A stretch of 64,000 nucleotides of DNA from assembly GCF_009914755.1 (NCBI RefSeq), contig NC_060926.1. One strand, 5' to 3'. Position 1 is the stretch's first letter. Each line of letters begins with the position of its first letter. The notes under the pieces are model-generated. The model was not told the DNA's origin, did not search any database, and was given only the letters and a program-made list of their open reading frames with translations. Origin of the DNA: the human T2T-CHM13v2.0 reference genome, Homo sapiens. The translations under genes and the position numbers were made by a program. This document shows, one piece after another, positions 14,041-28,393 of this stretch.

Positions 14041-16979
14041 AAGAAATTGCCACAGCCAAACCACCCAACCTTTAGCAACCACTGCCCTGATTAGTCAGCA
14101 GCCAGCAACATTGAAGTAAGACCCTCCACCCTCCACCAGCAAGATATCATGACTCACTGAAGGCTCAGGGGATCATTGGCATTTCTTTTTTTAGCAATGA
14201 AGTACGTTTTAATTAACGTATGTATGTTGTTTTTTAGGGAAAATGGCATTGCACACTTAAAAGACTATAGTATAGTGTGAACACAACTTTTATATGCACT
14301 GGGAAAGCAAGAAATTTGTGTGACTTGCTTTATTGCAGTGGTCTTAAACCAAACTTGCCATATCTCTGAGGTATATCTGTATTTTAAATAAAGAGGTTGG
14401 TTTGAAAGAACAAACTGATTCAAAGCATGGAACCTATACTGAAAGAAAGGTCATTACAAAGTTGTCAGATTTTTCCCCATCAGGCTTTTTGCCTTCTCAG
14501 CACTCTAATTTCGACAACCTCCCTTGATCCTCACTAAACTCCAAAAGTTACATAGAGCATGCAGTACTGTTAGATGCAAAAATCAGCATCCAGAGTCTTC
14601 TGACTAGGTCTTCTGACATGTGACAGAGCCAGGAATCCTGGACCTGTGCTCCATCCACTAATATTTGTCTAAGGGATGATAGAAATTCCCGCCTTTGCAG
14701 AAACAAATAAGTATCTAACAGTGCCACTTAGCCATAAAATTGGATTAAAGGTTAATATTAATGAATTCATATTAACAGTGCTGACAGTAACTATACTACT
14801 TGACAGATATTTAATATGAGTATCACAAGCCATATGTGAAGAATACTGTTAAAATAATTATATTAGGATTTCACAGCATCCACCATCAGGATTTCTTCTC
14901 TGACAACAAAAAAGAAAACCTTTTCTACCCTGAGCAAGGTAAATGTCACTGAAAGTCTTGCTGTCTGGACTTGACTTCTATTTGTGACACTCATGATTTG
15001 AGAGTTCAAAAGCATTTTTAAAGTATTTCTCTTTTAGAGAAAAGGAAGGAAACTCATATTTTTGAATGTCTTACTATGTGCTAACCTAATTTAATCTTCA
15101 TGAACTCTAATATGCAGGGGATATCAGTGAGTTTTGAATTTAAGGTTATTTTTCTGTTGTTTTTGCGGTAGTGGTCATTCTAGCATGGTTGATCAGTTGT
15201 GTCATTCTGAAGCAGCCATTGCTGAAGAGGTCTTTTGATTGCTGAAACAGTAGTACAACCTCCCACTGCTGTCCTGTCTGTGAGGACACTCACCCATCTA
15301 GTTCCAAAGCAACTTTTTCGTATACCATTTCACCTCTCTTTGCAACCATGTGATGACATAGACAATGTCCAAATCCCTCTTTCCTGAGAGATTGGCTAGG
15401 GCAATCATTGAGGGCTATAAGAATACAGTAAGAATTGATGAAATTAAGAATACATCCAGAACCAAGAGTTAAGTAGACCAGAAAGCTAGAAAAGGAAATA
15501 CAAATGAACCACCCAACTAAGTGGTGTCTCCTAGCAGAAATCAGAAACAAAGACAGTGGACCAGGATGATGATAACAGCAAAGCTGTCCCTTTTGACATA
15601 AGGGACATGGTGACATGCAGAGTAAAAGGAACATAATTAAAACTTAAGTAGATCCTCCACCCCATCCCCAATGCTCATTTCCCTAGCTTGGACCCCACTC
15701 CATTCCCTGCTCTTTTCCTTTTAAGGATATGACATTGAAACTAGGATTGTTTTGCCTGAATGTGGTTCTGGGTCAGAAGTAAAAAATAAATATCAAACCA
15801 TTACACAACTTTCCCTGAGGATCAGAAATAAGGTGAGTGCCTCCATTGCATTAATTTCTTGTTAATGTTTTTAAGAAGAGAGTTCAATGGTTTATTTTTA
15901 AGGTCATGAAAGAGCATGAAACTCTTGGCTACTTTCTGCTGTTACCATATGGCCAAATTATATCATTTGTATTTTACACTTCACAATATGGTCCCCACTG
16001 AAAGAGATACGTCAGGGACCCATGGACTGGAGGAGTTAGAAGTTTCGACAAAATTAGTATAATGCAAGCCCTTAGCCTCCTCCTTTCTGCCATATAAGCT
16101 TTGCCTCTAGTACTCCCTGGAAAGAAGAAATTCCAGAGAAATTGACTGGCTTTACTATTTCTCCAGCTTGGATAGCTGTATTTATTCCAGTCTCCTGGTT
16201 TGTTTTCTCATCTTGTAAATTGCACAGCTTCACATATTTTGCTAAATGTCCATGGCTTTCGTATTCATTCTGCTGGCTTCATTAAAAAGTATTTCCACCT
16301 TGAGCTCTGATCCAGGGAAAACCATGGTGGTTTTACATTAGTCAGGGCTGGTTTTCTTCTAAGCTAGCTAATAACACACCTTGCCAGCACATGGATTCAT
16401 TTCTTTCCAAAGACCACCTGTCTGGTCCACATAATAAATTTCTGCTTCTCCCATTTGTATGACTGTGACCCAATTTCTTGTGAAATAATGACTCTATTCT
16501 TAACACATTTAAGACACAGATACCCTCTCCCTGTCCTGGGTTTGATTATACAGCTTTCTATACCAAACATTTTAGAATGCACTAACAATGTCCTTCTTAT
16601 TCTTTTGTCTGAAAAAAGGCATTAGTCTCAACAGTTAGCCATTTTGTACTTCTCAAGACCAAAGTTAGAGAAGCTACATTATTTAAACAACAAGGGGCAA
16701 GGTCATAGATAACAGCCACTAATTGAACCCCCATTATGCAAACATAAAAAATGAGGGTCAGAGCAGTCAAGTGACCTTACTAAGCTGAACAACTGCCAAA
16801 GAAAAGAACTGGGCCTAGAACCCAGATCTTCTAACACATAATGCAGTCTTCTACCCGTGACAGTACACAGCCTCACATTTACTTCGTAAAATTCCTTTGT
16901 AAAACAATGGTTTCATATACAACAGTTTAACAGAGTGAAGAGGGTGAAAGCCACAAAACAAGTGTTTTGGAGATATTTA

Positions 16980-17309
<330 letters not shown>

Positions 17310-19748
17310 TGCAAAGACCAGATGACTTTGCCTCATCCTCTTCAATAGCATAACATGATTCTATGAACTCTCTTTGAGATATCAAAGAATATTCTATTTC
17401 TTTAATATATTCAAAAATATTCTATTTACAGTTTAGAAAAATGGGATCTCACTGGGCCTGGAATCAAGGGGCAAGGGGCCCTCTTTTCAGCTGCAGGGTC
17501 AAATTTCCCATCAAATCAGCTTAAGCCCAACACTAGCTCTTGGGCATAGTTTCACATATGTCACCTCTCAGTTCGAAGGAGCCACCTTCAACTCAGGAAT
17601 TGATAAAATTCTCCCAGTGGAAGTGGCTTAGAATATTTCCTCTTCCATCCTAGAGGCAGCAAGATGATGGAAACTTATGACCAAGAATACAATGAGCATT
17701 CAAGGTATCTGATTTTCTCAGCCCCAGGCATGGATTAAATTTTATAGGTCACTAGTAGCAATATGGTGACTATAAGTGTCTAATTTTGACCTGTAAGAAC
17801 ATGAATCTTTCAACATTTCAGCCACTTCATTATTCTCTTTGGGATGATAAGATAACTTTCACTTGGCTTGGAGAAGTTATTATTATTTTTCCAGGAAATG
17901 TAGGCAACACATGATCAATACCATAAGAACGAGAGCCACTGAGAAACAATAATTAACAAAGAAAGAATAAAGGTTTTGGACTAGCACTAAGAATTTAAGA
18001 CAAAAGCCAAGGCAGTTTTACTTTCCTAAAAAAGAAATAGACAGTTCATAGGATCTTAGAAGCCGATTAGCCATTTCCCCCTTCCTAACAGCTCCAATGA
18101 TCAGAGATCATTGCATCACTGCTATGACTAATTCCATAACTGTTCTCAAATAATGCCAATTGACCATTGATCCATGACTGTGGCCTAATTCTTAACTGAT
18201 TGACAGCCAAAGAAAGCTCATTGGTCATAAACACACACACTAAAACACTGGAAAAATCCCTTGACACGCACTGCTTTTTTTGGTGGCCTAAATTTACAGT
18301 TTCTTTCTTTTTTTTTTTTTAATTCAAAGGCCATGAATGCAGATAGCTTTTCAGTTCTCCTTGTGTTTCTTGACTGAAAGAACCCTTTAAGTGCTCTCGA
18401 AATAGTTAGATGAATAGCAGAAACAATTGTATCTTTTCAACCCCGATCACATCAGTTCTAAGAATTTGACGAGTAAAAAGCACTGGGCAGGTTTTAAGTC
18501 AATAGTGGCCTTCCAATTTCTAAAGTTCTTTCAGAGTACAAACACATTGCTTATACTCCTCTGGCATGGTTTTGCTCATTTGCAGGAAAACCATATTTTG
18601 TACCACATCCTCACATATTGATATGTTGAGGAAATACACAGCAAACACCACTTCCCATCCATCTGGTAAGCTTGTTAGAAAGATGAACACCCAGCGTTCA
18701 GATGTTTTTCACTCAGGTTTGAAATTCTATGCTCAGCATAATTTGCTTTTACTTTCAAGACAAATTTTAATCCAATAAGAAGAAATTCTGCTCCTTTTTT
18801 GAAAGCAAATGATACTAGTAAAGTAAAAAGGCCAGCCATGTTGGACATTGCCAAGATACATCTACAGTTGGATTTCTGTTAGGACCTAGAATCCTATGCA
18901 ACAATTTTGGAAAAAATACAATTTTCTCCATTTTCTTAAAAGTAAGTGCAGCAGTTATTATTCATATAGTGATAATGTAAAATAAAGTCCCAAAAGAAAT
19001 AATAAAAATGAGGGTAAGACACTTAATCTATCATTTCTAACAAACTGTTTTCCAAAGATCTTTACACTCATCTATCAGTACCCAGAATTACATAAGCTCT
19101 TCTTAGGTTGCAAATATTTTAAAAGCTTGAATCAAAACAATAAAAGTCAATTGAATAAGCAAAAACCTGGCAGTCTTAGTGTCCACAGGAAATGGAGCCA
19201 AATGCTCTTATATAAAAAGCAGTGAGAACAGAAGGTGCATGCATTGCTAGATTTGTCTCCCCCAATATTTCTGCATCTTCTTCTATTTGGAACTCAACTC
19301 TTCAGGGGAACTTTTCCTTTCTCTCCTGCTTTTGACACACTCTTCACATCATAAACTTGTGGTTTTGCAAATTACATGTCAGTGGGAGAGAAACCAGCAA
19401 TAAAGCAGACACACATCTGAGAATTTCTAAGTCATACCAAACATAAACCCTTGGGGTCCTATGCAACATAATTTTTTTTAATATCAGCGTTGGTTTATTT
19501 GTGTGATTATAAGATGAATATATTATAGATGTTTTTTTTTATATTGACATGAAGAATCTCAGTAGAATGAACTCAGCCACACTTGCCATTTTACAAAATC
19601 AGATATATCAAACTTTGTCAAGGGGCAATAGGTCCTGGAAGTACCAACATGACTCCGCAGGAGCCAGAATGCGGTTCTGATGAAGAAGTAAAGACTACAA
19701 AAATAAAGAGTTCCAAAAAGGAAAGAATTTCAAAAAATGACTATAGAG

Positions 19749-19914
19749 CAGTGCTTCCCAAACTGTAAGATACATGCAGATCACTCGGGAATCCTGTGAT
19801 AACACAGACTCTGGCTCTGCAGGCCTGGGGTAGGGCCCACCATTCTGTACGCCGAGGCAGCTCCCATGGGATGCTCATGCTGCTCCTCTATGGGCCACAT
19901 TTAGAAGAGCAAGT
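19749..19914. mobile_element. MER5-type hAT-Charlie MITE
   Basis: cagtgcttcccaaact start, ggcctggggtagggccca core, tgctgct...gggccacattt end. Confidence 0.7.
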
Positions 19915-20189
19915 TTCTAGCGGCCCATCCCCCAGGAACCAAGAAATCCAAAACATGAAACTATTTAATAATAATTGTTTATGAAATAAATGTTATAGAA
20001 TAAACCTACTAAGCATTAGCACTGTGAAGAAACAGATGAAGCGTAAGAAGGAAAAACAGGAGAGTTTTATACACAAAATGTAAACTGTTACAAATCAACA
20101 TACATTTATTATGGACCTATCATGTATAAAGCAATGTTGTAGGAAAAATAAAGGGTAAAAATATAAAAAGGGATAGTTCCTACCTTCAA

Positions 20190-21260
20190 ATCGCTTAGGC
20201 CTACCCTAGCTCATACACTCTCACCTTTCTTCAAATACAGCCCATCTCATTTGGAAAAACTCCTTGTATCTGGTTACTGCCGGCCATGTCCTCCAGTTCT
20301 GAGATCTTGTTACTAATTATCCCTCCCTTTCCTGTATTGCTCATCTGTCCACTCAGCCTTCTCTTCTGGCTATTTACTTTTCCTAACGTAATTTTATCTA
20401 CCCTCTATGTCCATGGCTTCAATGACCAGTGGCTCCCAGTTCTCCACCTAAGGCAGAGACTTGCCTACTAAGATAATGTTCTTATTTCTAGTTGCCTACT
20501 GGACATCTCCTTCGAGCAAGTACAATTTAACTGAGCTTACTATCATAGCTACAGGAGGCTTTTCTCCTCTCTCCCTGTTTTCCAGAATCTGGTCTTTTCC
20601 TCAGCATCTCGCAGTTACAATTCACCCTCTTAACTGACTTCCCTACCTCCAGTCTCTCCCCACTCTGGTCCCTAATCCATAACTGTACCATAACTCTCTT
20701 CATATCAAATAAGTCTCTGTCACTTCTCTTACAAATTTTAGAACTCTTAAGCAAAATGTACACACTTCTTAACTCCACATAGAAGATAAGAACCCTGGCA
20801 AGCCAACCCCAAGCTATCACTTTGATCGTTTCTTTTACTATCCAAATCATATCTATGCAGCATATGCTTAACCCTCACAACTCAGATCACCAGTCACCAA
20901 CGACATCATGCCCTCCAATAATTCTGCCTCTACACCTCTTGTTCCCTCTTCCTGGAATAGCTTTCCTCCTCTGCCTGGAAAATTTCATTTCATCCTATAA
21001 AATCCAGCCTAGTCCCATCAAAGCCTTTTCTGTTGGAGTTAGGTATTCCCTCCTCTAAGATTCCTACAGCAGTCACTTCATATCTCTCTTAAGGCACATA
21101 CTAAATCAGAGAATGCTATTAGCATCTGTTTCCTCTACTAACACAAGATCTTGTTGAGACCAGACACGATGCCTTGCTCTTCTTCCATTACCAGTGTCAG
21201 GCACAGTGCCTGGAATCAAACAGATATTCAGTGAATGTTTATTGGATGACTGAATGGACA
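20190..21260 (+). mobile_element. L2 LINE 3' portion
   Basis: Pyrimidine-rich L2-like body ending cacagtgcctgg...tgaatgtttattggatgactgaatg. Confidence 0.7.
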
Positions 21261-22330
21261 TAAAACAGAAAGTAATAGTGCAATGCTGCAGATGACAAAT
21301 GACTTGTACCCATGGAAAGGGTCACAGGCATGCAAAGGAAGGAGTGTTCACTGTGTATAATTAAGTGCTAAAATGCACGCTGTATGAGATTCAGTGCAGA
21401 CATTCAAGAACAGCCTTGTGTAGGAAAAGGAAGTATAAGCTGGGCCTTGAGGGAGGTATTACTCTTAGATGGGTCTTGGAAGAGGCATTATCTGTAAGAA
21501 AGCACGGGTGGTGGGGCCGGGATGCAGTTACATGCTATATGTAATAAGGTGATCATCCTGACAAAGGTGGACAGTATTTTTTTTTAAATAAGTAATAAAG
21601 TTGATTAAGGGGCACAAGGTGCATGCAGGGGGACGGAGATAGGACTGTGAGTAGCGTGCCACATCCTCTTGCGCCAAATCACATTTATTATTAGGAGATG
21701 TTGCTAGTTTTTTGACATCATTCTTGGGGTCATACAAGTTCATTCTTTCTAGTTCTACCTCTATATATCTGCAATCATAAACTCTGTTGGTAATCAACTT
21801 CATAACAGTTGAAACTCATTTGAAGATACTCCCAGCTTTCCTTTCTCTAAAGTCATTCTTACATATGACATCTCCACACTGGGCCTTTTCATTCCCTCTC
21901 CTGGAACATGGAAGCCCCATGGAGACTTGAGCAGGACCAAGAAACGCTGACTCTCTCAGATGCTGCATTTCCAGCTGCTTGGTTGGAGGTAATGGTAGCG
22001 AAGACAACGTGAACACAGCCGCTGACCCTGTCCCACCTCCACCTCAGTGCCCCAAAGGCCATCCTAGTCCTGGTCCAGTCCTGGACTGGGAGTGTCTATG
22101 CAAGTCACTCCTCCAGATTAGAGCACCAAAGGTAGCTTCCAATTATTAATGATACCTGAGAAGAGACTAAGAGTATGCTATTATTAGTTGATGCTGCACT
22201 CTTGATCATTTGTTTCTTGGGTTAGTAGTAGCAGAAAGAGCCCTGAAGAAACATGGTATGTGTAAACGTAAAGCCAAGCTTCATGCACAAATAACTAACA
22301 CTCAGTATAAAGTGGCAATTAAAAAGAAAA

Positions 22331-22333
<3 letters not shown>

Positions 22334-22365
<32 letters not shown>
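22334..22365. repeat. (CT)n microsatellite
   Basis: Direct reading. Confidence 0.95.
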
Positions 22366-22369
<4 letters not shown>

Positions 22370-24895
22370 CTGAAAAACTGCATTTTCAAAAAGAAAGCAA
22401 TTTTCTCTCCAAAGAGGTAGAGAACAGAATTCACCTTTGGGGTAAACTATTCCTTTTTGATTTGACATCATTGCTTCAAGTGGGCTTCTTTAGTGACACA
22501 AATGGAAAGGAAGTTCCCACCCATTATTGTTCTTGGGGAAGACTGTGAAGTAAACTGAGTGCAGGTGTTTTCTACTGAGAAAATAAGTGTTCTGTTTGGT
22601 AATGTAAACCAACAGAAACCCATGGGATATGAGTTTTAGCCAGATTCCTCACACTTGTTTCTTTCAGGGAAATGTTTCTTTCACTGTACTGTTTGACAGG
22701 GACAAACTACTGTTTGTTCTTGGGGAGCTATATGAGTGTGAGTACATGTTTGGGTGCGTGTGTGTATTTTCCTGACCACTCAGAGGAGATAGGTTGAACA
22801 GGATAAGAGAAAGGTCAGTCACACCAGCCTGATCTTGACCATAGACGGGTGAAGATGAGAGACCAAAAAAAGAACTAGACTGAAAAATCTTTGAGAAATT
22901 TGGACTGGACCATATGTAGAACTGATGACTAAAAACCCCAGAAAGAACTAATGTCATATATTGATTTTTAGATAATTTATAGTAACTTTCCTGTTGGCAT
23001 TGGAGAACCTCACGATACTCCCTTGAGGGGAGTGAGGGGAGGGACTTAGGTTTCTCTCCAAAGAAAAAGATATTTTCTGTCATTGTCTTCGGAAGTTTCC
23101 ATTAGACACCATAAATGAGGCCCCAGAGGGGAGCCTTAGTCTGTAAGGAAGAAGCCCTCAGTTCTCTTTGAGTTGCCCACAGATGTGAACTCTGAGGCCT
23201 AAGTAGCCCAGAGCATTCCAGGATGTAGGAGCAGGGGAGCAGCAAAGCACTGGGAAGGAGATTCTGAGGGTAGCCCTGGGTCTGTGGGCCTTGAAGGCAA
23301 CCCCACGTAGTCACAGCTAAAAGTTAGTTTCTAGAATGGATTTCCCTCCCATTGTTCCATGCTTACGAAATTTTTCAGTTTAGTCTCAGCTATGCTTCTA
23401 GGGAATTTGAGGAAGGGTCCTAGAACGCACAGAGGAAAGTGGTAAAGGAAGCAAAGTGATCCTCCTCCTTGGCCAGGGCCATTGTACAGGTCAGCAATGT
23501 CACTCAGGAAAGGTCAGTTATCCAGCTCTGTAAGAGAACCTGTCTGGGCACTATGGCTGGATGCAGAGGCCAGAATGGGAGAAAGCAACACCCTGGAAGG
23601 ACATAACTGAAGGCTCTTGTGAATACCTGGAAAGCAGTTTAAGGATCCTAAGTTTTTTCATTGGCAGGTAGGGGTAAAGGCATGATATTAATAATATGCC
23701 TATTACTGAAAATGTGACCTACTTTTGGCCAAACAGGCCAATGAGAGCCAGACATACAAGCAAATTAGAAGGCTTTAATGTTATTTTTTCTGATTATAAT
23801 ACTGATGCATGTTCATTGCCAAGAAATTAGGAAATAAAGGTACCAACAAGAAAATTAAACAAGCCACAATTTCAACATCAAGAGATAATCATGGTTACTG
23901 CTAAGCATTTTTGTAATCCGCTTCTTTGGGTTAAAAGAAATTCAAAACTATTTTCTAAAGAGATTCTTGACCTTGCCCATAGATACTTTTGATACACACT
24001 GAAGCCAAGGTGAAAGGGTCTTTTGTTTAAGCATGCATCAGACCAATGCTCCTTAGTTTTCAGATGAGGATGTCAACCAACCCCATATTGGCTCTAACTA
24101 GAAAAATAACATTCTACACTTAATCAGCAATATAGAAAGATCGCATTCCAGGTGTTTGTAAAAAAGACTGTGAGCTCAGAGTCACTACCCCCCAATATTC
24201 TTCAAAAACTCTACTTAGAAAAAAATTATTAACCAAGGATATTTGGGAGCCAGCACAATGATTCCTCTTTGTACTCCATAGTCTACCCTGATATTCCCAC
24301 AGAGCCGCACGCCTGAACTATATCCTAATTTCTCATCTGATATACTGATGCTAACATTCTCTCAGGTTATGAAATAATTTTTGAAAACACCATCGATAAT
24401 GACCCCATGATATCCATTTCGGGACTATCGCAACTTGTTTGGATATTTACCTTAATTCCAGCTTTTCACTATTATATCTAAAACAGCAATAAGCATCTGT
24501 GTACATAAATCTTGTAGCAAGACAATTAGAGAGTGCAACAGAGAAAAATGCCAGAGACAAGTTGCTACAGTGGAAAGCCCCTGAGTGACAGGGGCTGTAT
24601 GAGGAGTTAAGTTCTCACCTAAGAGTAAGAGGCACGAGAGAGAAAAAAGATGAATAAGAGTTTTTGCCAACCATACACCTGATAAGGAATTAATATCCCA
24701 AATACATAAGGAATTCAAACAATTCAATAGCAAGAGAACAAATAGCCCAATTAAAAAAGGGGCAAATGTCCTGATTGAACATTTCGCAAAAGAAGATACA
24801 CTATTGGCCAACAGGTGCACAAAAAATGTCAGCACCAGTCATCATTAGGGAATGCAAATTAAAACCATAATGAGACATCATGTCACACCTGTTAG

Positions 24896-26389
24896 TGAGA
24901 GGTGACAGCATGCTGACAGCCTTTGCAGCCCTCGCAGCCCTCGCTCACTCTCAGCGCCTCCTCAGCCTCGGCACCCACTCTGGCTGCACTTGAGGAGCCC
25001 TTCAGCCCGCTGCTGCACTGTGGGAGCCCCTTTCTGGGCTGGCCGAGGCCAGAGCCGGCTCCCACAGCTTGCGGGGAGGTGTGGAGGGAGAGGCACGGGC
25101 AGGAACTGGGGCTGCGCGGGGCACTTGTGGGCCAGCGCGAGTTCCAGGTGGGTGTGGGCTCAGTGGGCCCGCACTCTGAGCCGCGGGCGCCGGGGCAGTG
25201 AGGGGCTTAGTACCCAGGCCAGCAGCTGTGGAGGGTACACCAGGTCCCCCAGCAGTGCCGGCCCACCAGCGCTGCGCTTGATTTCTCGCCAGGTCTTAGC
25301 TGCCTACTGGCGAGGTAGGGCTCAGGACCTGCAGCCCTCCATGCCTGAGCCTCCCCTCCACCCGCCATGGGCTCCTGCGCAGCCCCAGCCTTCCCGACGA
25401 GCGCCACCCCATGCTCCACGGCGCCCGGTCCCATCGACCGGGCTCAGCCCAATGGCTGAGGAGTGCGGGCACACAGTGCGGGACTGGCAGGCAGATCCAC
25501 CTGCAGCTCCATCTGCAGCTGTGGTGCAGGATCCACTGGGTGAAGCCAGCTGGGCTCCTGAGTCTAGTGGGGACTTGGAGAACCTTTATGTCTAGCTAAG
25601 GGATTGTAAATACACCAATCAACACTCTGTATCTAGCTCAAGATTTGTAAACACACCAATCAGCACCCTGTGTCTAGCTCAGGGTTTGTGGATGCACCAA
25701 TCGGCACTCTGTATCTAGCTGATCTGGTGGGGACCTGGAGAATCTTTATGTCTAGCTAAGGGATTGTGAATATACCAATCAGCACTCTGTATCTAGCTCA
25801 AGGTTTGTAAATGCACCAATCAGCACTCTGTGTCTAGCTCAGAGTTTGTAAATGTACCAGTCAACACTCTGTATCTAGCTAATCTAGTGGGGATGTGGAG
25901 AACTTTTGTGTCTAGCTCAGGGATTGTAAACGCACCAATCAGCACTCTGTCAAAACGGACCAATCAGCTCTCTGTAAAACAGATCAATCGGCTCTCTGTA
26001 AAATGGACCAATCAGCAGGATGTGGGTAAGGCCAGATAAGAGAATAAAAGCAGGCTGCCCCCCAGCCAGCAGTGGTAACCCACTGGGGTGCCCTTCCACA
26101 CTGTGGAAGCTTCGTTCTTTTGCTCTTTGCAATAAATCTTGCTGCTGCTCACTCTTTGTGTCCACACTGCCTTTATGGGCTGTAACACTCATCGCGAAGG
26201 TCTGCAGCTTCACTCCTGAAGCCAGCGAGACCACGAACCCACCAGAACGAAGAAACTCTGAACACTTCCGAACATCAGAAGGAACAAACTCCGGACACGC
26301 CGCCTTCAAGAACTGTAACACTCACCGCGAGGGTCCGCGGCTTCATTCTTGAAGTCAGTGAGACCAAGAACCCACCAATTCCGTACACA
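24896..26389 (+). mobile_element. Solo LTR12 (ERV9/HERV9; LTR12C-like)
   Basis: TGAGAGGTGACAGC start, ...CCACCAATTCCGTACACA end, 4-bp TSD TTAG (24892-24895 and 26390-26393), GC-rich 5' U3, tandem CCAAT repeats. Confidence 0.96.
25560..26075 (+). promoter_or_regulatory. LTR12 U3 enhancer/promoter: approx. 40-bp tandem units with CCAAT (NF-Y) and TATC (GATA) motifs, TATA-like AATAAAA at 26043-26049
   Basis: About eight CCAATC copies and repeated gtatctagct units read directly; function inferred from ERV9 LTR biology. Confidence 0.75.
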
Positions 26390-26967
26390 TTAGGATGGCT
26401 TTTATCAAAAAGGTGAAAGATAAGTGTTGGTGAGGATGCAAAGAAAAGGAAACTCTTTCACATTGTGGGTAGGAATGTAAATTAGTATGGTCATTATGAA
26501 GAATAGTAGGGAGCCTCCTCAAAAAACTAAAAGCAGAACTACCATATGATCCAGTAATTCCACCTCTGAATATATATTCAAAGGAACTGAAATTAATATA
26601 TTAAAGAAATATCAGCACTCTTATGTTCATTGCATCATTATTCACAATAGCTAAGATATGAAATCAACATAAGTGTTCATCAACAGATGAATGGATAAAG
26701 ATAAGGTGGTATATATGCACAATGGAATACTATTCAGCCTTTAAAATGGGAAAATCCTTTCACTTTCAACAGCATGATTGAATCTGAAGGGCATTATGCC
26801 AAGCGAAATAAGCCAGGCACAGATAGACAAGTACCACACAATGTCACTTATATGTGAAATCTTTAGAAGTTGAGCCCAAAAGTAGAGAATAGAATGATGT
26901 TTACCATAGCTAAGGGCTAGGGGAAGGAAGAATTGAGGAGTTGTTGATCAAAGAATACACAGTTTCA

Positions 26968-27251
<284 letters not shown>

Positions 27252-28038
27252 AAAGAATACAGAGGTTTCAACTGGAGGGATGGATTTTGACATCTATTGC
27301 ACAGCCGGTTGACTGTAGTCAATGATAATATATTGCATATTTTAAAATAACTAAAAAAGTATATTTCAAATGTCTCACCATAAAAACCAATAGGTAAGCA
27401 AGGAGATGGATATGTTAATTCACTTGCTTTAATCATCTCACATTATATACATATATCAAAATGTCACATTGTGTTCCATAAATGTATACAATTATGATTT
27501 GTCAATCAAAAATCATATTAATAGTAATAATTTCTTTAAAGAGGAAAAAAGGTGGCCACCTTCTCAATATTATCTAAGGACAATATTGCCTTCAGCTTAT
27601 GAGATATTAAAATACCTACCAAGAGTGTCACCAAGTTCTATAAATTCTCAGCTATTCAGTATGGTCAGGGAAAGATACACTTACTTTGATTACTCATATA
27701 TTCTAATTAGTGGAGAATTGCCATATATTCTATACACCAATGACTAATTTTACAAGGATTAGAATAATATTTTTCTAACACTAAAGCTAAGGAGAACAAA
27801 ATTTATGTCTGTTGATAATTCTAAAGATTTGTCAGAATCTGATCATTAATTCATTCATTTCCCAAATATTTACTAAATCTGTCACTATGTAGGGTGTTAC
27901 ATTAGGGGTTATTACATCAACAATCTATTGTCTGTTTACTCATATCAGTATATATGTTATTCTGTCTGACTTTACATAAGATGTGAGGTGGCCATGCCAT
28001 ACAGTAGGGTAAAAATCATGCTCTATACAGAGTCCAGG

Positions 28039-28393
28039 TATCTTAATTCAAGCTACTATCATGCAGTACCACAGGCTAGGTAACTTAAACAACAGAAATT
28101 TAATTCTCACAGTTCTGAGAAAGTTGGAAAGTCCAAGGTTTGGTTCCTGGTGAGGGCCCTCTTCCTGATTTGCAGGTCATTTTCCCATTATATCCTCATA
28201 TGGTGGAGAGTGAGATCATCTCTCTTGTGTCTCTTTTTGTAACAGTACTAATTCCATTCATGGGGGCTCCACCTTCATGACCTCATCTAAACCTAATTCT
28301 CTCCCAAAGTCCCCACATCCTAACACCATTGCATTGGAGGTTAGGTCTTCAACATAAGGATTTTCAGGAGACACAAGTATTCAGTCCATGGCA
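28039..28393 (-). mobile_element. MLT1A-type MaLR solo LTR
   Basis: Reverse complement begins TGCCATGGACTGAAT; intact 5-bp TSD CCAGG (28034-28038 and 28394-28398). Confidence 0.85.

Noticed and set aside
22620-23330. Possible ancient (Gypsy-like) LTR and 139-aa ORF
   Set aside because: Could not match to a consensus with confidence; ORF has no recognisable domain
25560-26020. Approx. 40-bp periodic array as a novel repeat system
   Set aside because: Standard U3 tandem repeats of ERV9/LTR12
24923-26352. Cluster of long ORFs (up to 201 aa)
   Set aside because: All lie inside the GC-rich LTR12, where stop codons are rare; not gag/pol/env
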